Assembly (NCBI GenBank): GCA_021613535.1
Contig: CP075494.1
Span: forward strand, 1,054,001-1,118,000
Origin: Adineta vaga
Taxonomy: Eukaryota > Animalia > Rotifera
Direction of reading: 5' to 3'
Length of the DNA: 64,000 bases
The position numbers were made by a program, and so were the translations under genes. How positions within the stretch are numbered: the first letter of the stretch is position 1; each line of letters opens with the position of its first letter. Below the pieces are notes generated by a model, which was not told the origin of the DNA, ran no database searches, and was given only the letters and a program-made list of their open reading frames with translations. Of this stretch, positions 48,183 to 60,911 are shown one piece after another.

Positions 48183-51100
48183 ATGAGTGTAACTCTGAAT
48201 GCGACGAAAGATTCTCATGATGGAGGAGAACATAAAGCAACTGGTACAGTAATCTTATTTTTATCAATCGCTGTCTTGGCTGGATGTCTATGCAAATTAA
48301 TTCTTTCACAAATCTTGAAAAATAAATTTCCTGCTCCATTTACAGTGATCGTACTTATTTTAGGATTTACAATGGGTATGATTATTTCTCATATTCCTGT
48401 GATGAGCAATGATTTTCTACTTGGTGAAAAAGCATTGAAAGATATTAATCCTCATCTGATTTACTACATTTTTTTGCCTTTGCTCATATTCGATTCAGCT
48501 TTTAACAGCCGTTTTTATGTTATTCGACAACACATCGTATCCGCAATACTTCTAGCTGGCCCTGGTATACTTATATCAATAGGTATTATTGCTGTATTTG
48601 CCGTCTTTATATTTCCCTATCAATGGTCATGGTTAGTTAGTATAATGTTTGGAAGTATATTAAGTGCAACAGATCCCGTTGCCGTTGTTGCATTATTACA
48701 TGAATCCGGAGCAAGTAAATCACTAGCTGCATTGATTGATCTTGAATCATTATTGAATGATGGTTCTGCCTTTGTTATATTTATGGTATTTCGTGATATA
48801 ATCGTCGGTGCAAGTAACAGTACCAAGAAAGTACTAATTGATATCGCTAAGTTTACTATTGGTCAGTAGGAAATGTTGATCTTAATTTAGATTTATATGA
48901 TAATGTATTTTTGTAGGTGGTCCAATATTTGGTATAGTCTGTGGTATTATTGCTGTGATCTTTTTTAATCTGGTTCATAATGAACTTGAAGTAGAAATAA
49001 TCTCGACGTTTGGTCTTGCTTATCTTATTTTTTATGTCGCTGATGTTGAACTCGGTGTTTCAGCTGTGCTAGCCTTAGTAGTCATGGGACTTTTTATGGC
49101 TAAATACAAATATTGTATTAGTAGTCATGTACAAGTTACGATGACCAATACTTGGCGTATTATTATCGATTTTGCTAATATTCTTATATTTATCATAACT
49201 GGAATTATTTTAGCACATTCATTAGTCGATACAAAAGCAACAATAGTTGTACGTGATTTTGGATATTCAATATTATTATATATTGTTCTTCATCTCGGTC
49301 GAATATTATCTGTTATTATATTTTATCCGTTGATGCGTTGGAGTGGTGTCCCTTTTTCTTGGAAAGAATATCTTGTTCTAATTTGGAGTGGATTACGAGG
49401 AAGTATGTCGGTTATTTTAGCTTTGATGGTTGATTCCGACGATCGAATCGATGTTGAAACACGACATCGTTATCTTTTTCACATATGTATGATATCTCTT
49501 CTAACATTGATTATCAATGGAACAAGCAGTAAATTCTTAGTGAGACTTCTTCACTTAGATCATGGTATGTATAGAAATTCAATTGTAAAAATGAAATTCA
49601 TTTTCAAAAATCAGGTACCCCGGAAAGTGAACAAATTTTGTTACAAGCTGTTGAACATATGCGTCGACAAACGGCAAATCAACTCTATAAAATGAAACAA
49701 GAAAAACAATTTTCTTGTGTTGATTGGCATATGCTCGATGAATACTTACCAGAAAAATTGGTTCAAGAAATGGATGCCGAACGAAGAACAAGTGTTCATC
49801 GACGATTATCTGTTCTACCAGATTTGGATCCAAATATTTTGTTGAATATTTCTCAACAACATTCGACAATCAATACGGAATTACAACAAATTCCAAGTAT
49901 ATGTGAAACTGATAGTGTTCCCATCGATATCACTCCGCAGGAAAAGAATCCAACTATAAAACATCTTGTATTACCACTAATAGGCTTTCTTGGAAATGAG
50001 AAGAAAGAAAATACACGTTTTCGAAACGAATTAACGAATCGTTTTCTAACAGCATTGTTGATTGATTATGAAAAACAATGGTATCGAGGAATGATTCGTC
50101 GACGAACACTTTACATTTTAGTAAAATCCGTTGAAAAAGCTAAACATCAACATTCATTAAAACTTCATTGGAATTTAATTATTGAACATTTTCGATTATC
50201 AAAATGGTTGAAAACTCTAATGCAATTCGATTGTATTAAAACTCAATCCAACAAATTCTTATTCGATCATATATTTCTCACTATCGAATTAGTTCTTGCT
50301 TTTCATTCGACTCGTACACGTATGGATAAGATTCAACATGAATTTCCTGAATTAGCAAATATTGATCGAGATATTTGGAATAAAGTTTGTCAAGAAACTC
50401 ATTTCTATCATTTAACAGCTTCTTATATTCTTCTCGATCTGCAACAATCCTACGAACTTTGTTGGCAAATTCAAATGACAAAACGTTGTGCTCAAATCTT
50501 ACTTAAATACGAATCAAAAATGATCACTCAACTTTATGAAACAGGAATATTTGGTCACAGTGTTTATTCACATATTTCAGAGTTAATAGAAAAGAAATCG
50601 TTAAAACTCGAATTTTATCGTGTTTCCATACCAAAAGGTCATTTAAAACCGATAGAAGATGCATTTGATTTATTACCAATATTTCAATCATTACCGAATG
50701 AAGAAAAAACACGTTGGCAAACAATTCTCAAAGGTAAACATCGATGGTTTCAACCAAATAAAATTCTTCTTAGAAAAGATAAAACCGTATCGACTGCATA
50801 TCTGATTGGTCGAGGAATCGTTGAATGTAACATTGATTCAATACCGATTTATTATCGGTCGGGTAATATTGTTGGTATTGATGCATTATTCTCACAAGAT
50901 TATCGATCAAATGGAACTTATTTTGTTAGTGGTGGACTTTTCGAAGGTTATGTCATCGATGAAGAATTATTGCGTCAATTTTTAGATAATGATTATTTAG
51001 CGCCTTTGGTCTATAGAGAAATTGCTCTACATGTCTTGAGTAATAATTATCAAACACGTTTGAAATTGAATCGTTTACAATTACGATTACTTTTGTACAA

Positions 51101-51416
51101 ACGAGCTAAATTCTACAGGAAAATCTCAGAACCAACAATTCAATTAAACGAAAATCAACGAGTATTAATTCTTGCCGGACATGTTACTCAATTATCGAAT
51201 GGACTGAGTAATAAATATGAATCCATTCAATTAGAATTCTTTAATAATGAAAATGAACTTTTTCTTGATTCATCAACTATTATCTATTCATGGACGGATG
51301 ATGATGAACAATTTTGTATCAAAGAAACTGACCATACTGTTCATTTTCCACTGCAAACCAAAGATTTGCTTTCCGATGATTTTTGTTATCCAGGTTATAG
51401 ACCTGATACAAAATAA
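48183..51416 (+). CDS. Na+/H+ exchanger of the SLC9C/SOS1 type with C-terminal cyclic-nucleotide-binding-like domain; 3 exons
   Basis: FLP.LIF.SA, LAGPG, SATDPVAVV, ESLLNDG and WSGLRG motifs; introns ~48862-48916 and ~49565-49615 in frame; C-terminal AYLIGRGIV...GNIVG. Confidence 0.88.
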
Positions 51417-51652
51417 TTACCAAAACTATGATGTTTATCATTATTAGTGGGTATAATCTGACATCTTCAACTACAAGATAAATGATGAACTCGAATAATT
51501 GTTTTTTTCAAATTCAAATATTTCAATTTTTTTTACTCTAAATAAATGAAATTTTTTTATGTTTGCTCTCATCTAGTTATTCATCATAAAAAAACACACA
51601 TAGTCTGATGAGTTTTATCAAGAGCAAAATAATTTCGAAACACACCGTCAAT

Positions 51653-54083
51653 ATGAAATCTAATATGGATGACACATATCAAGAAACCAAGCAAAATATT
51701 AAATTTGATGAAAATACGTTTATAATCATCACTTGATTGCTTTTCTCGTATTTCTACTGATCAGAACCTTGTCAAAGGTAACTAAAGAGAATAAAAAAGA
51801 AACACGTTTTATTTAACGACAAGGTAAATACACGAATCATCAATAATGAAAACTGGTAATGAAGAGCAAGATTTATCATCCATATATTCGGTCGATTTTA
51901 AGCATTTACAACTTATCTATTTAACTGGTTATCTTCTTGCTGGAGGTAATTACTTTTATTTAAAAAGTTCTCATTTGATAAAAATTAATCTAGCTGCTAA
52001 TAGTTTACAACTTTCATATCGATATGCAATCTATGATAGTTATGGATATTCTCGATCAATAGTGGAATTTTTCTATATTATCGCTCATGTATAGACTTTA
52101 TTTATTGGCACTTTTCTTGCTTCACTTGCTGATCGATTGTAAGTTGCTGTTTTTGCTCATACATATTATTAACAATCAATGTTCTTTGTCAATAACTTCT
52201 TCGTTATATTTCTTTTATTTTCAACGAAGGAATTATCAATAATATATATTTAGTGGACGTCGTTTATCATGTATTATTTGCGCGATATTATACATTTTAA
52301 GTGGTGTGTCATATGTAAGAATAATAAAATATGTTCAGAAGATTCAATAATTGTTTTCTTTTAAAGAATTTCAATGTGATGTGAATTTTAATATTAGGAA
52401 ATATCATTCGTGGTATTGCTAATTCCTTTTTTCATACAGAATTTGAAGCTTGGGTTATACAAGAATATAAAGAAGTAAATCGAACTTTTTTTAAAACTAA
52501 TATAACATTGAATTTTTCTAAAGCGTAATTTAAATACAAAATCACTCGCACGACTACTTCGTAATTCCAGTGAGTTATTTCTTATCAATTAAGTATTTAT
52601 TTGAATTTCTATTACTGTAGATATATTTGGAACAATAGTCTCAATTGGAACAGGTTTCTTAGCACAAATTGTAGTGGAATTTTATGGATTTATGTAAGTA
52701 TGACTAAAAATATGGTTGTTTTTATTTTCAGTTATGTAAAATCATATTAAATATTCGTTAATTCTTTTGCATCATATAGTGCACCATTTGATACATCTAT
52801 ACTAGTTTTTATTATAATGATAGTTTATTTATTATTTAAATGGTCAGAAAATTATGGAAATAAAAAAATATCAGCAAGTGTTACATTTACTTCTGCTATC
52901 CAATTGATAAAATCTGGTGAGTACGTCAATGAGCAATAGTGGTGTAACCGAGACCGAGCCAGCAAGAAAACTTGTCCTTACGCATTTTAATTCTTTATTA
53001 TATGACTCTTTGTATATTTGATGTGTTTATGAAATGATGTTAGGTAAATCCAGACCATTGATTGAATCTTGGTTATGTCACTAGTGATCAAGAAGAAAAG
53101 AATGGTGAAATATTTTTTCGTATGTTTTAGATCCACGTATTGTTCTACATGGATTGAGTACGGCTTTATTTGAAACATCACTTTACATTCATTTCATTGA
53201 ATGGACTCCAGCACTTCTTCAAGCAAAAAGTCTCACGATTTCTAATTCATTACCATTTGGTGTTATATTTTCTTGTTACAAAGTAAGTGTCTTTATAGGG
53301 ATAAGAAAAAACTTAAAATTCATTATTTAATTAGTTCTCTAACATGATGGGTTCTTTTGCATTTAACGCAGTTGTGGAAAAACTTCGACCTCAATTACTT
53401 ATAATGTAAGTTTTATTGATCGAAATTTTCCCTTCTAAGTATCGCAAGTGTAGAATCATAGCCATCGTTTTAATCAGTGGATTTAGCATGCCAGTCATTT
53501 GTCCAAATGTATGTATAAACGCTCATGAATTATTAATAATAAGTTCAACGATACTTTAGAGTCAATTAGTCATATTAATAGGTTTCTTCTTGGTTGAATT
53601 TGGTAGTGGTGCTTATCGACCATCGATTGGTCTCTTAAGAAGTCAATACATTCCAAATGAAGGTAAAATATATCGAATATTTCTCTTTCGTTTTACCTTT
53701 CGGATTTTTCTAATAGTTCGATCAACAGTTATAAATTATATTCGAATACCACAACTTATTCTCATAATTCTAATCTTACTTTGTATAAATATCTTAACAT
53801 AGTCATATAATTTATAAATTATCTAATTCTATAGCATTTTTCATTACCGATCGTGTTTCCAATTGCTGCTGGTATGATATTCGTAGCAATAATATGCTTA
53901 ATTATATTAAAAGAGTGAGTTATATACATAATAATAAATATAAAATAACGTATTTTTTAGTATGAAACCATACCATCAGAAAAAATCAATTTCAATCGAG
54001 AAACAGTGTTATTATCTCAATCACCTTCATTGTCATATACACATGAAAAACCACAAATATCCGAAATCGGTACCAAACCATAA
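51653..54083 (+). pseudogene. MFSD5: MFSD5-like (molybdate-anion transporter) MFS gene, many short exons, one in-frame TAG
   Basis: FKHLQLIYL..YLL, LQ..Y.Y..Y..YG, ASLADR.GRR, FEAW..EY, LFE.S.Y....WTP.L, PFG.IFS, P.IG.LRSQYIP.E.RST..N..RIP; TAG at 52092-52094 mid-exon. Confidence 0.8.
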
Positions 54084-54619
54084 TTATTTCTACTTGACAC
54101 AGAAAAAGATGAATGAATTCTTATTTTAAAAATATATAAAACGTATTGATCACTTGTTGAATTTATGCATGTTGAAATTACAGCAATCTTGTTCATTGAT
54201 ATTTTCATCGAACCATACAAGAAATTCGAGGCTCTACGAATATACAATGGTTTTTTTTTTTCATCCGTAGTATTTCATCTGTTTCACAAATAAGAACAGA
54301 GTCAATAGATAAATAACGTTAAGGTACGAGTGAAACAAGTATTTGTCTCTCGAGACATTTTAAACATGATTTCTGCAAAGTACATGAGGAAGAAAAAAAA
54401 ATATCTTTACGATACATAGGAAAATCTCTCACAACATCTTCATTCGAATAAATATTTAAAAATGTGATCGTCAGCTTATGAAGAAGGGAAATATTTATCT
54501 GTGATTGAAAATGAATTTTCTCAAAGATTGATTTCTTTCTCTCAAGAATATGGACGAGAAAAATCACAGATTCGTCACGGAATACTAACTACAGTGAAAA
54601 TCTTTTCCCAACGAAGATG

Positions 54620-55198
54620 CAGAGATAGGCAAGTCAATTCAAGTCAAAAAACATATATGAAGAGGTTTCAATGTACTTTTTTTTGTATTTCACTATAGTC
54701 TTCTTACAGAATCAGAATGTAAAAGAAATATATAATAAAAAATGAAAATTTTTGTTAAAAATAAATTTGAAATAATACGAAATTTTTATTCCAAAGTTTT
54801 ATTCAATAGACTTTTTTTCCAATTTTTATTGGTGGATTCTTATTTCGTCCTCATCGTGCTCGAATGTCACGCAAAACTCTCGAACAACTCACTTTGTTGA
54901 AATGTAACAATAGTATTGTATAATACATTTTGTTGTATCATTTATTCTTTCTTGTTTCTTGTCAAATGTAACCATGATGTTTTGTGAACAGATTTGTTTT
55001 TTAGTAACGCCTTTTTCTACTACTATGAAAACTGTGAAAACTTAGTAATAAACTTCTTTTTTTCTTTTCCGGAAGAAATTCGAAATCATTATCGTCAAAC
55101 AAAAATAGAAGATCTGAAAGAATTTTTTATAATACATTTTAACTGAGTTTGACTTGACTTGACTTGACTTGTGAAAACGTCTGCCTTGCCCGTCTCTG
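54620..55198 (+). mobile_element. hAT transposon remnant
   Basis: TIR-like CAGAGATAGGCAAG / CTTGCCCGTCTCTG, (GACTT)n subterminal repeats, internal GGFLFRPHRARMSRKTLEQLTLLKCN (end of hAT dimerisation domain); no TSD seen. Confidence 0.7.
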
Positions 55199-55697
55199 GT
55201 TGTATCATATGCTTAACGCTTTTGTTAGTCAAAATATTCAATTTTAAAAACTTCTTGTCTATTCACATCTTCCGGTTGAATCTGAAGAGAAATATTTGAT
55301 AGCTATTCTTATTCAGCCAATTCTTTCTGCATTTATCTAGGTGAGGATACATGTAAAGAAAAAATAGACTCTTACCTCAGTATAGACTCAACGAAAAAAA
55401 GAATCAGAAAAAACGATGCAGAATGAGATGTGTTGACACAACAGAAAAGAAAAACTTCATGATAAAAGCAAAGAACACACACACATGCGTGCAAATAAAG
55501 TATAATTTTTTGTTTAGTATTTTATATATTGTTGGAAACTTCCAAGTTAAATATTTGCAGTCATTTTTCTTTTCGGCTATGGCAACTTCACATGATACCA
55601 CATTGTCAGGCAATGATTTTCAAATCATATGACTTGATTATCTTATAGATGACATTGTAAATTCTACTTCACAAATAACAAATATTTCAAGTCAATA

Positions 55698-58094
55698 ATG
55701 GAACAGACAAATGTGATTTCGAAACAAGTGAATGAATATAATAATGTCGACATTGAACAAATACAAGATATTCTTATTGTTTGGTTGGACAGCTCCATTC
55801 ACAGCAATAATCCAGACTGTCAAAATACAATTACACAACTTCAACAAGTTGTTACCAATGTTCATACATTTACTGATAATGATCAATGCATCGAATTCAT
55901 TCTCAATACCATCGATAAAAAAGTATGTATGATTATTTCAGGATCAATTGGACAAGATATTGTGCCGTGCATACATGATATCTCACAAATTGATTCTATC
56001 TTCATCTTTTGTAACAATAAAAATCAGCATGAACAATGGGTAAAACCATGGTTCAAAGTAAAAGGTGTTTCTATAGACATCACAAATATCTGTCAACAAT
56101 TACAACAAATAACTCGTCAGTACGAACAAAATACTATGCCAATGAGCTTTGTAGCATCTCGAAAACGATTGGATCAATTAGAACCATCATTTATGTACAC
56201 ACAAATCATCAAAGAAATACTATTAACCATCACATTCGAAGATAAACACATCAAAGAATTTATCGATTATTATTGTGATGCATATGTTGACAATGAAATC
56301 GATCGAAAGAAAGTTAAGCAACTGGAACATGGATATCATCAGAAAACACCCGTTTGGTGGTATACAACAGAGAGATTTTTGTATGGAATGTTGAATCGTG
56401 CTTTACGAGAGATGAACGGTGAAGTGATCACATTAATGGGTTTCTTTATCAGTGATCTTCATCAACATATTGAAGAATTACACAAAAAACAACTTCGAAA
56501 GATCTCTACTACTAAAATCCTTACAGTTTATCGTGGCCAAGGTATGACAAAGAGAGATTTCGATGATATGGTACAATCGAAAGGTGGACTAATATCATTC
56601 CTTAATTTCTTATCAACAAGCAATGATCGCAAAGTCGCCTTGTCTTATGCCGAAAGTAATAGTGAGAAATCTGGCCTCATAGGCATTCTATTCGTAATGA
56701 AAATCGATCCTGTTCAATCGACAACACCATATGCCTCAGTTGGAGATATCAGTAACTTTATAGAAGAAGATGAAACTCTCTTTTCGATGCACACTGTTTT
56801 TCGCATAGATGATATCATTGCAATGAATGGCAATGAGCGACTGTATGAGGTGAAGTTATCACTGACTAGTGATAATGATCCAGAATTAAGTGTGCTTACT
56901 AAGCGAATTCGAGAGGAGAGTTTCCCACACGCTGAAGGATGGCAAAGAATGAGTTTAGTGTTAAATAATATAGGACAATCTAACGTTGCTGAGCGAATAT
57001 GTAAAGTTTTACATGCTCAGGCAATTAATGAGAGCAACAATCCAGATATTTATAATCAATTTGGTTCAATAAAATATCAGCGAGGACAATACGGCGAGGC
57101 CATAAAACGTTATGAGCAAGCTCTCAAAATTCTACAACAATCACTTCCTTCTAATCATCCAAATGTGGCTTCATCTTATGGCAACATCGGTAATGTGTAT
57201 TCCAACATGGGTGATTATTCAAAAGCACTTGTGTCATATGAACAATGCCTCAAAATTCAACTACAATCACTTCCTTCTAATCATCCAAATGTGGCTTCAT
57301 CCTACAACAACATCGGTGCAGTGTATTATAAGATAAGTGATTATCCCAAAGCACTTGCATCATACGAACAAGCCCTCAAAATTCAACAACAATCACTTCC
57401 ATCCAACCACCCTGATATGGCTTCATCCTACAACAACATCGGTGCAGTGTATTCCAACATGGGTGATTATTCAAAAGCACTTGTGTTATATGAACAAGCT
57501 CTCAAAATTCGACAAGAATCACTGCCGTCTAATCATCCAAATGTGGCTTCATCCTACAACAACATCGGTAATGTGTATTCTGACATGGGTGATTACTCTA
57601 AAGCACTTGTGTCATATGAACAAGCTCTCAAAATTCGACAACAATCGCTTCCTTCTAATCATCCAGATGTGGCTTCATCTTATGGCAACATCGGTAATGT
57701 GTATTCCAAGATGGGTGATTATTCAAAAGCACTTGTGTCATATGAACAATGCCTCAAAATTCAACTACAATCACTTCCTTCTAATCATCCAAATGTGGCT
57801 TCATCCTACAACAACATCGGTGCAGTGTATTCCAACATGGGTGATTATTCAAAAGCACTTGCGTCATATGAACAAGCTCTCAAAATTCGACAACAATCAC
57901 TTCCTTCTAATCATCCAGATGTGGCTTCATCCTACAACAACATCGGTGATGTGTATTCCAACATGGGTGACTATTTAAATGCTTGTTCATTTTTCGAATA
58001 TGCTCTCCAAATTGGACAACAAGTACTACCATCGAGCCATCCTCATCTGCGCCTCTTTAAAACAAATTATGAAAATGCGAGAAAGAAATTGTAA
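55698..58094 (+). CDS. ADP-ribosyltransferase (R-S-E type) + TPR-repeat protein
   Basis: YRGQ, NFLSTS and EEDETLF (ExE) motifs followed by a TPR array; 798-aa single ORF. Confidence 0.92.
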   Translation: MEQTNVISKQVNEYNNVDIEQIQDILIVWLDSSIHSNNPDCQNTITQLQQVVTNVHTFTDNDQCIEFILNTIDKKVCMIISGSIGQDIVPCIHDISQIDSIFIFCNNKNQHEQWVKPWFKVKGVSIDITNICQQLQQITRQYEQNTMPMSFVASRKRLDQLEPSFMYTQIIKEILLTITFEDKHIKEFIDYYCDAYVDNEIDRKKVKQLEHGYHQKTPVWWYTTERFLYGMLNRALREMNGEVITLMGFFISDLHQHIEELHKKQLRKISTTKILTVYRGQGMTKRDFDDMVQSKGGLISFLNFLSTSNDRKVALSYAESNSEKSGLIGILFVMKIDPVQSTTPYASVGDISNFIEEDETLFSMHTVFRIDDIIAMNGNERLYEVKLSLTSDNDPELSVLTKRIREESFPHAEGWQRMSLVLNNIGQSNVAERICKVLHAQAINESNNPDIYNQFGSIKYQRGQYGEAIKRYEQALKILQQSLPSNHPNVASSYGNIGNVYSNMGDYSKALVSYEQCLKIQLQSLPSNHPNVASSYNNIGAVYYKISDYPKALASYEQALKIQQQSLPSNHPDMASSYNNIGAVYSNMGDYSKALVLYEQALKIRQESLPSNHPNVASSYNNIGNVYSDMGDYSKALVSYEQALKIRQQSLPSNHPDVASSYGNIGNVYSKMGDYSKALVSYEQCLKIQLQSLPSNHPNVASSYNNIGAVYSNMGDYSKALASYEQALKIRQQSLPSNHPDVASSYNNIGDVYSNMGDYLNACSFFEYALQIGQQVLPSSHPHLRLFKTNYENARKKL
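57111..57992 (+). repeat. Seven near-identical 126-nt tandem repeats encoding 42-aa TPRs
   Basis: Unit YEQ.LKI.Q.SLPSNHP.VASSY.NIG.VY..MGDYSKAL.S repeated 7 times with near-identical DNA. Confidence 0.95.
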
Positions 58095-58899
58095 TTTATG
58101 CGTAATTTTTTAAAGAATGTGTGTCCTAAGATATGTCGTTTTGATGCAATCACAAAACGATCATGATGCATAAAACAGTTCGATATTCAGATAATATGAA
58201 TTCGTTTCATATTTGGTATGATTAGGGCGTGGGTGTAGTGATCGAAAGCTGATTGAGGCATAAGACGAATATTGATTTTAATAGAAAGATTTGGTTGCAT
58301 TAGGAGAGAACGAAATCGATAGTTAAGATTGATACATCTATTGTAAATATTGACAAAAATCGAGATATTCAAATATACTCTACATAAGTTCATTAGCAAA
58401 ATCTTCAAAATTTGTAATATTTCCATGTGAATCACTAAAAATGTGATCATGTTATGTACGGGACATTACACATTTTCCCACTCACCATTTTGTTGCTATT
58501 GTCACTTGGTTTCCATCATAATTATCAAAGATATCGTTTAGTTGATATTTTATATAATCCATTTGATAATCCAAAATTATATCGAGAATGTAGGGTATGG
58601 GTATACGTTTGATTCAGCCAATAAAACTAGAAACTATAACTCATACCTTAACTGATTGTTATACATGTGGAACTTGAAATTTCTGTTCAATTGAAAATCC
58701 AAGTTTCAAGTTAGAACTATAATATAATAGGCCTTAAGACTGTTAGCAAACTGAAAGGACTTTGCATAGCCTCCAATTATTCATGTCAAAAGGAATGAGA
58801 TGAAGTTATTCTATAGATGTTGTTCCTGTATCAATAGATATTTAGGAAAGGTATTATGATTTTCGAGTTTCAACTGATACCGGCGAAGCTCTTATGGCC

Positions 58900-60190
58900 T
58901 CGGAAACAACACATTTTATATTAGCATCGCAGCGTGGAGGCGCTTAACACTTCGGAAAAGCCGCGACCCATGGGCGTCTTTGTGTACACAGCATAGTGGG
59001 AGTTAAAACTGTTTTTTGAAAAGTTATAAGTTGAGAAAAATCAAAAAAAGTTGAAACGGTTATAACTGAGGTTATAACTATCAACCATGGTTATAACCTT
59101 CAACCGCAGTTATAACTTTCAACCGCAGTTATAACCTTTAACCATGGTTATAACCCTCAACCACAGTTATAACATTCAACTGTAGTTATAAACTTTAACC
59201 AGAGTTATAAGTATGGGCGTGTTTAGAACTTCGAACATTATTAGCTTTATGATGTCTATGACCTAATTTAATCGAATCGAAACAGTAACTGCTACGGTCT
59301 CTAGGTTTGTTTAGCTCAAGCAACAAAGATACGAGTAACAATATGTGAGCTAAGACATTTTTGCGAAAAGTTAAAAGAGTGAGAAAAATCAAAAAAGTTG
59401 AAATGGTTATAACTAAGATTATAACTATCAACCATGGTTATAACCTTCAACCAGAGTTATAACTTTCAACCCTAAGTTATAACTCTAGATTATAGTTGTA
59501 GCTATCAACTACAGTTATAAATCGCAGAAGTCACTATAGTGGATACATAGAAAAAATGCATTTTTGTATTGTTGGTTCCATTCCGATTTATGTATATAGA
59601 AGAAACGATAGCGTAAGTTACACATAAATAAGTTCAAACGTATATAAAAAGGAATCTGATAATTATGGCTTTTAAATAGAAGATCTAGAGAAAATAGTAG
59701 TTCTTTAGAAAGTTCTGTTGAATATAACAATAAGCTGAAGTAATTCTAATTTTAATATAATTAAATTAGCTCATAGACATCATAAAGCTAATAATGTTCG
59801 AAGTTCTAAACACGTCCATACTTATAACTCTGGTTAAAGTTTATAACTACAGTTGAAGGTTATAACTGTGGTTGAGGGTTATAACCATGGTTAAAGGTTA
59901 TAACTGCGGTTGAAGGTTATAACCATGGTTGATAGTTACAAATGATTTAACTTTTAGACTAAAAAGTTAATTGGTTATAACCTAAAAGTTATAACTCGAG
60001 TTATAACTCGACCAGTTTTAACTCCCACTATGGTACACAGTCTCTGATATATTCAACTGTAGTACCCTTTTTTATTCGAGGGTATGAATGAAGGTGATGA
60101 TGGCGAAGGCAACGTAGAATAGTTCATTTGAAACTTGCATTGAAACTTTGTGTTTTAAATGAATTCAAGTTTCAAGTTTAACACTACTGC
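58900..60190. repeat. Dispersed repeat family member hosting the nested hAT-like insertion
   Basis: Flanks 58911-58991 and 60033-60190 match 20785-20895 (inverted) and 32883-32990. Confidence 0.7.
58992..60032. mobile_element. Non-autonomous hAT-like foldback element (1041 bp)
   Basis: Perfect 20-bp TIR CATAGTGGGAGTTAAAACTG; 8-bp TSD GTACACAG (58984-58991, 60033-60040); arrays of ~19-20-bp units around GTTATAAC; ~190-bp internal inverted repeat (~59075-59272 vs ~59760-59938). Confidence 0.92.
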
Positions 60191-60911
60191 TGTAGTTACA
60201 CAAAAAATGTTCTTATCGGAATTTTATTATTATGATACCACTCGAATAATGATCAAATAACATAGAAAAATAGAAGGAAAGACGCTCTATCCATTGATAA
60301 AAAAAGAAAATTTTCTGAACCTCTCTTTCATGGAATAAGGTACTTCTCTCACTATTTTTGAATTGCCCTTATTAACTCGCAATAATGGTTCATGCATTAA
60401 TACATAGCTCTGCACATTCATTCAATTATCAAAATGTGTATCAATTTGATACCTGGCACCCCATGAGTTTAATTATATGAAAAGCTTTTCAAAATGACTT
60501 CCTGATTACAACGATGCGCTTTCAATATCAAAAATAGAAAATTTTGATTAAAAAAAATTCCTCTCATATTAACTACATTCAACTCTCGATTCTTTACTGA
60601 AAAGAAAAGGATTTTTTGTGTTAAAATATACCCTACTGGCAATGAACTTTGAATTCATTCTCAAACGTACTTTTAACAATACATATCTAATTATATCTTT
60701 TCTTTGTGATATCTGTTAGATGTATCATTATAGAAAAAAAACGACGCAGATCCATTAAGATTTTCCTTCAGGACAGTCATATTCGGTTAATAGTTCTTTT
60801 TCAATCATATAGCTATGCATTAAAATGATGAGGATGAAAAAATAGTTTGCTTGTCTGTTTTTCTCTTATTCTCATTTAATGTACTTTCTAGAAATACGAC
60901 AAGAAACGACG

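Noticed and set aside
57112-57978. Alternative-frame ORFs (74 and 213 aa) over the TPR array
   Set aside because: Shadow frames: a stop-free unit repeated in tandem stays open
57111-57992. Diversity-generating retroelement acting on the TPR repeats
   Set aside because: Differences are not adenine-restricted, and there is no template repeat or reverse transcriptase in the window
59020-60012. CRISPR-like array of regularly spaced GTTATAAC repeats
   Set aside because: Period is only ~19-20 bp, the spacers are themselves similar, there are no cas genes, and the array lies inside a TIR/TSD-bounded transposon
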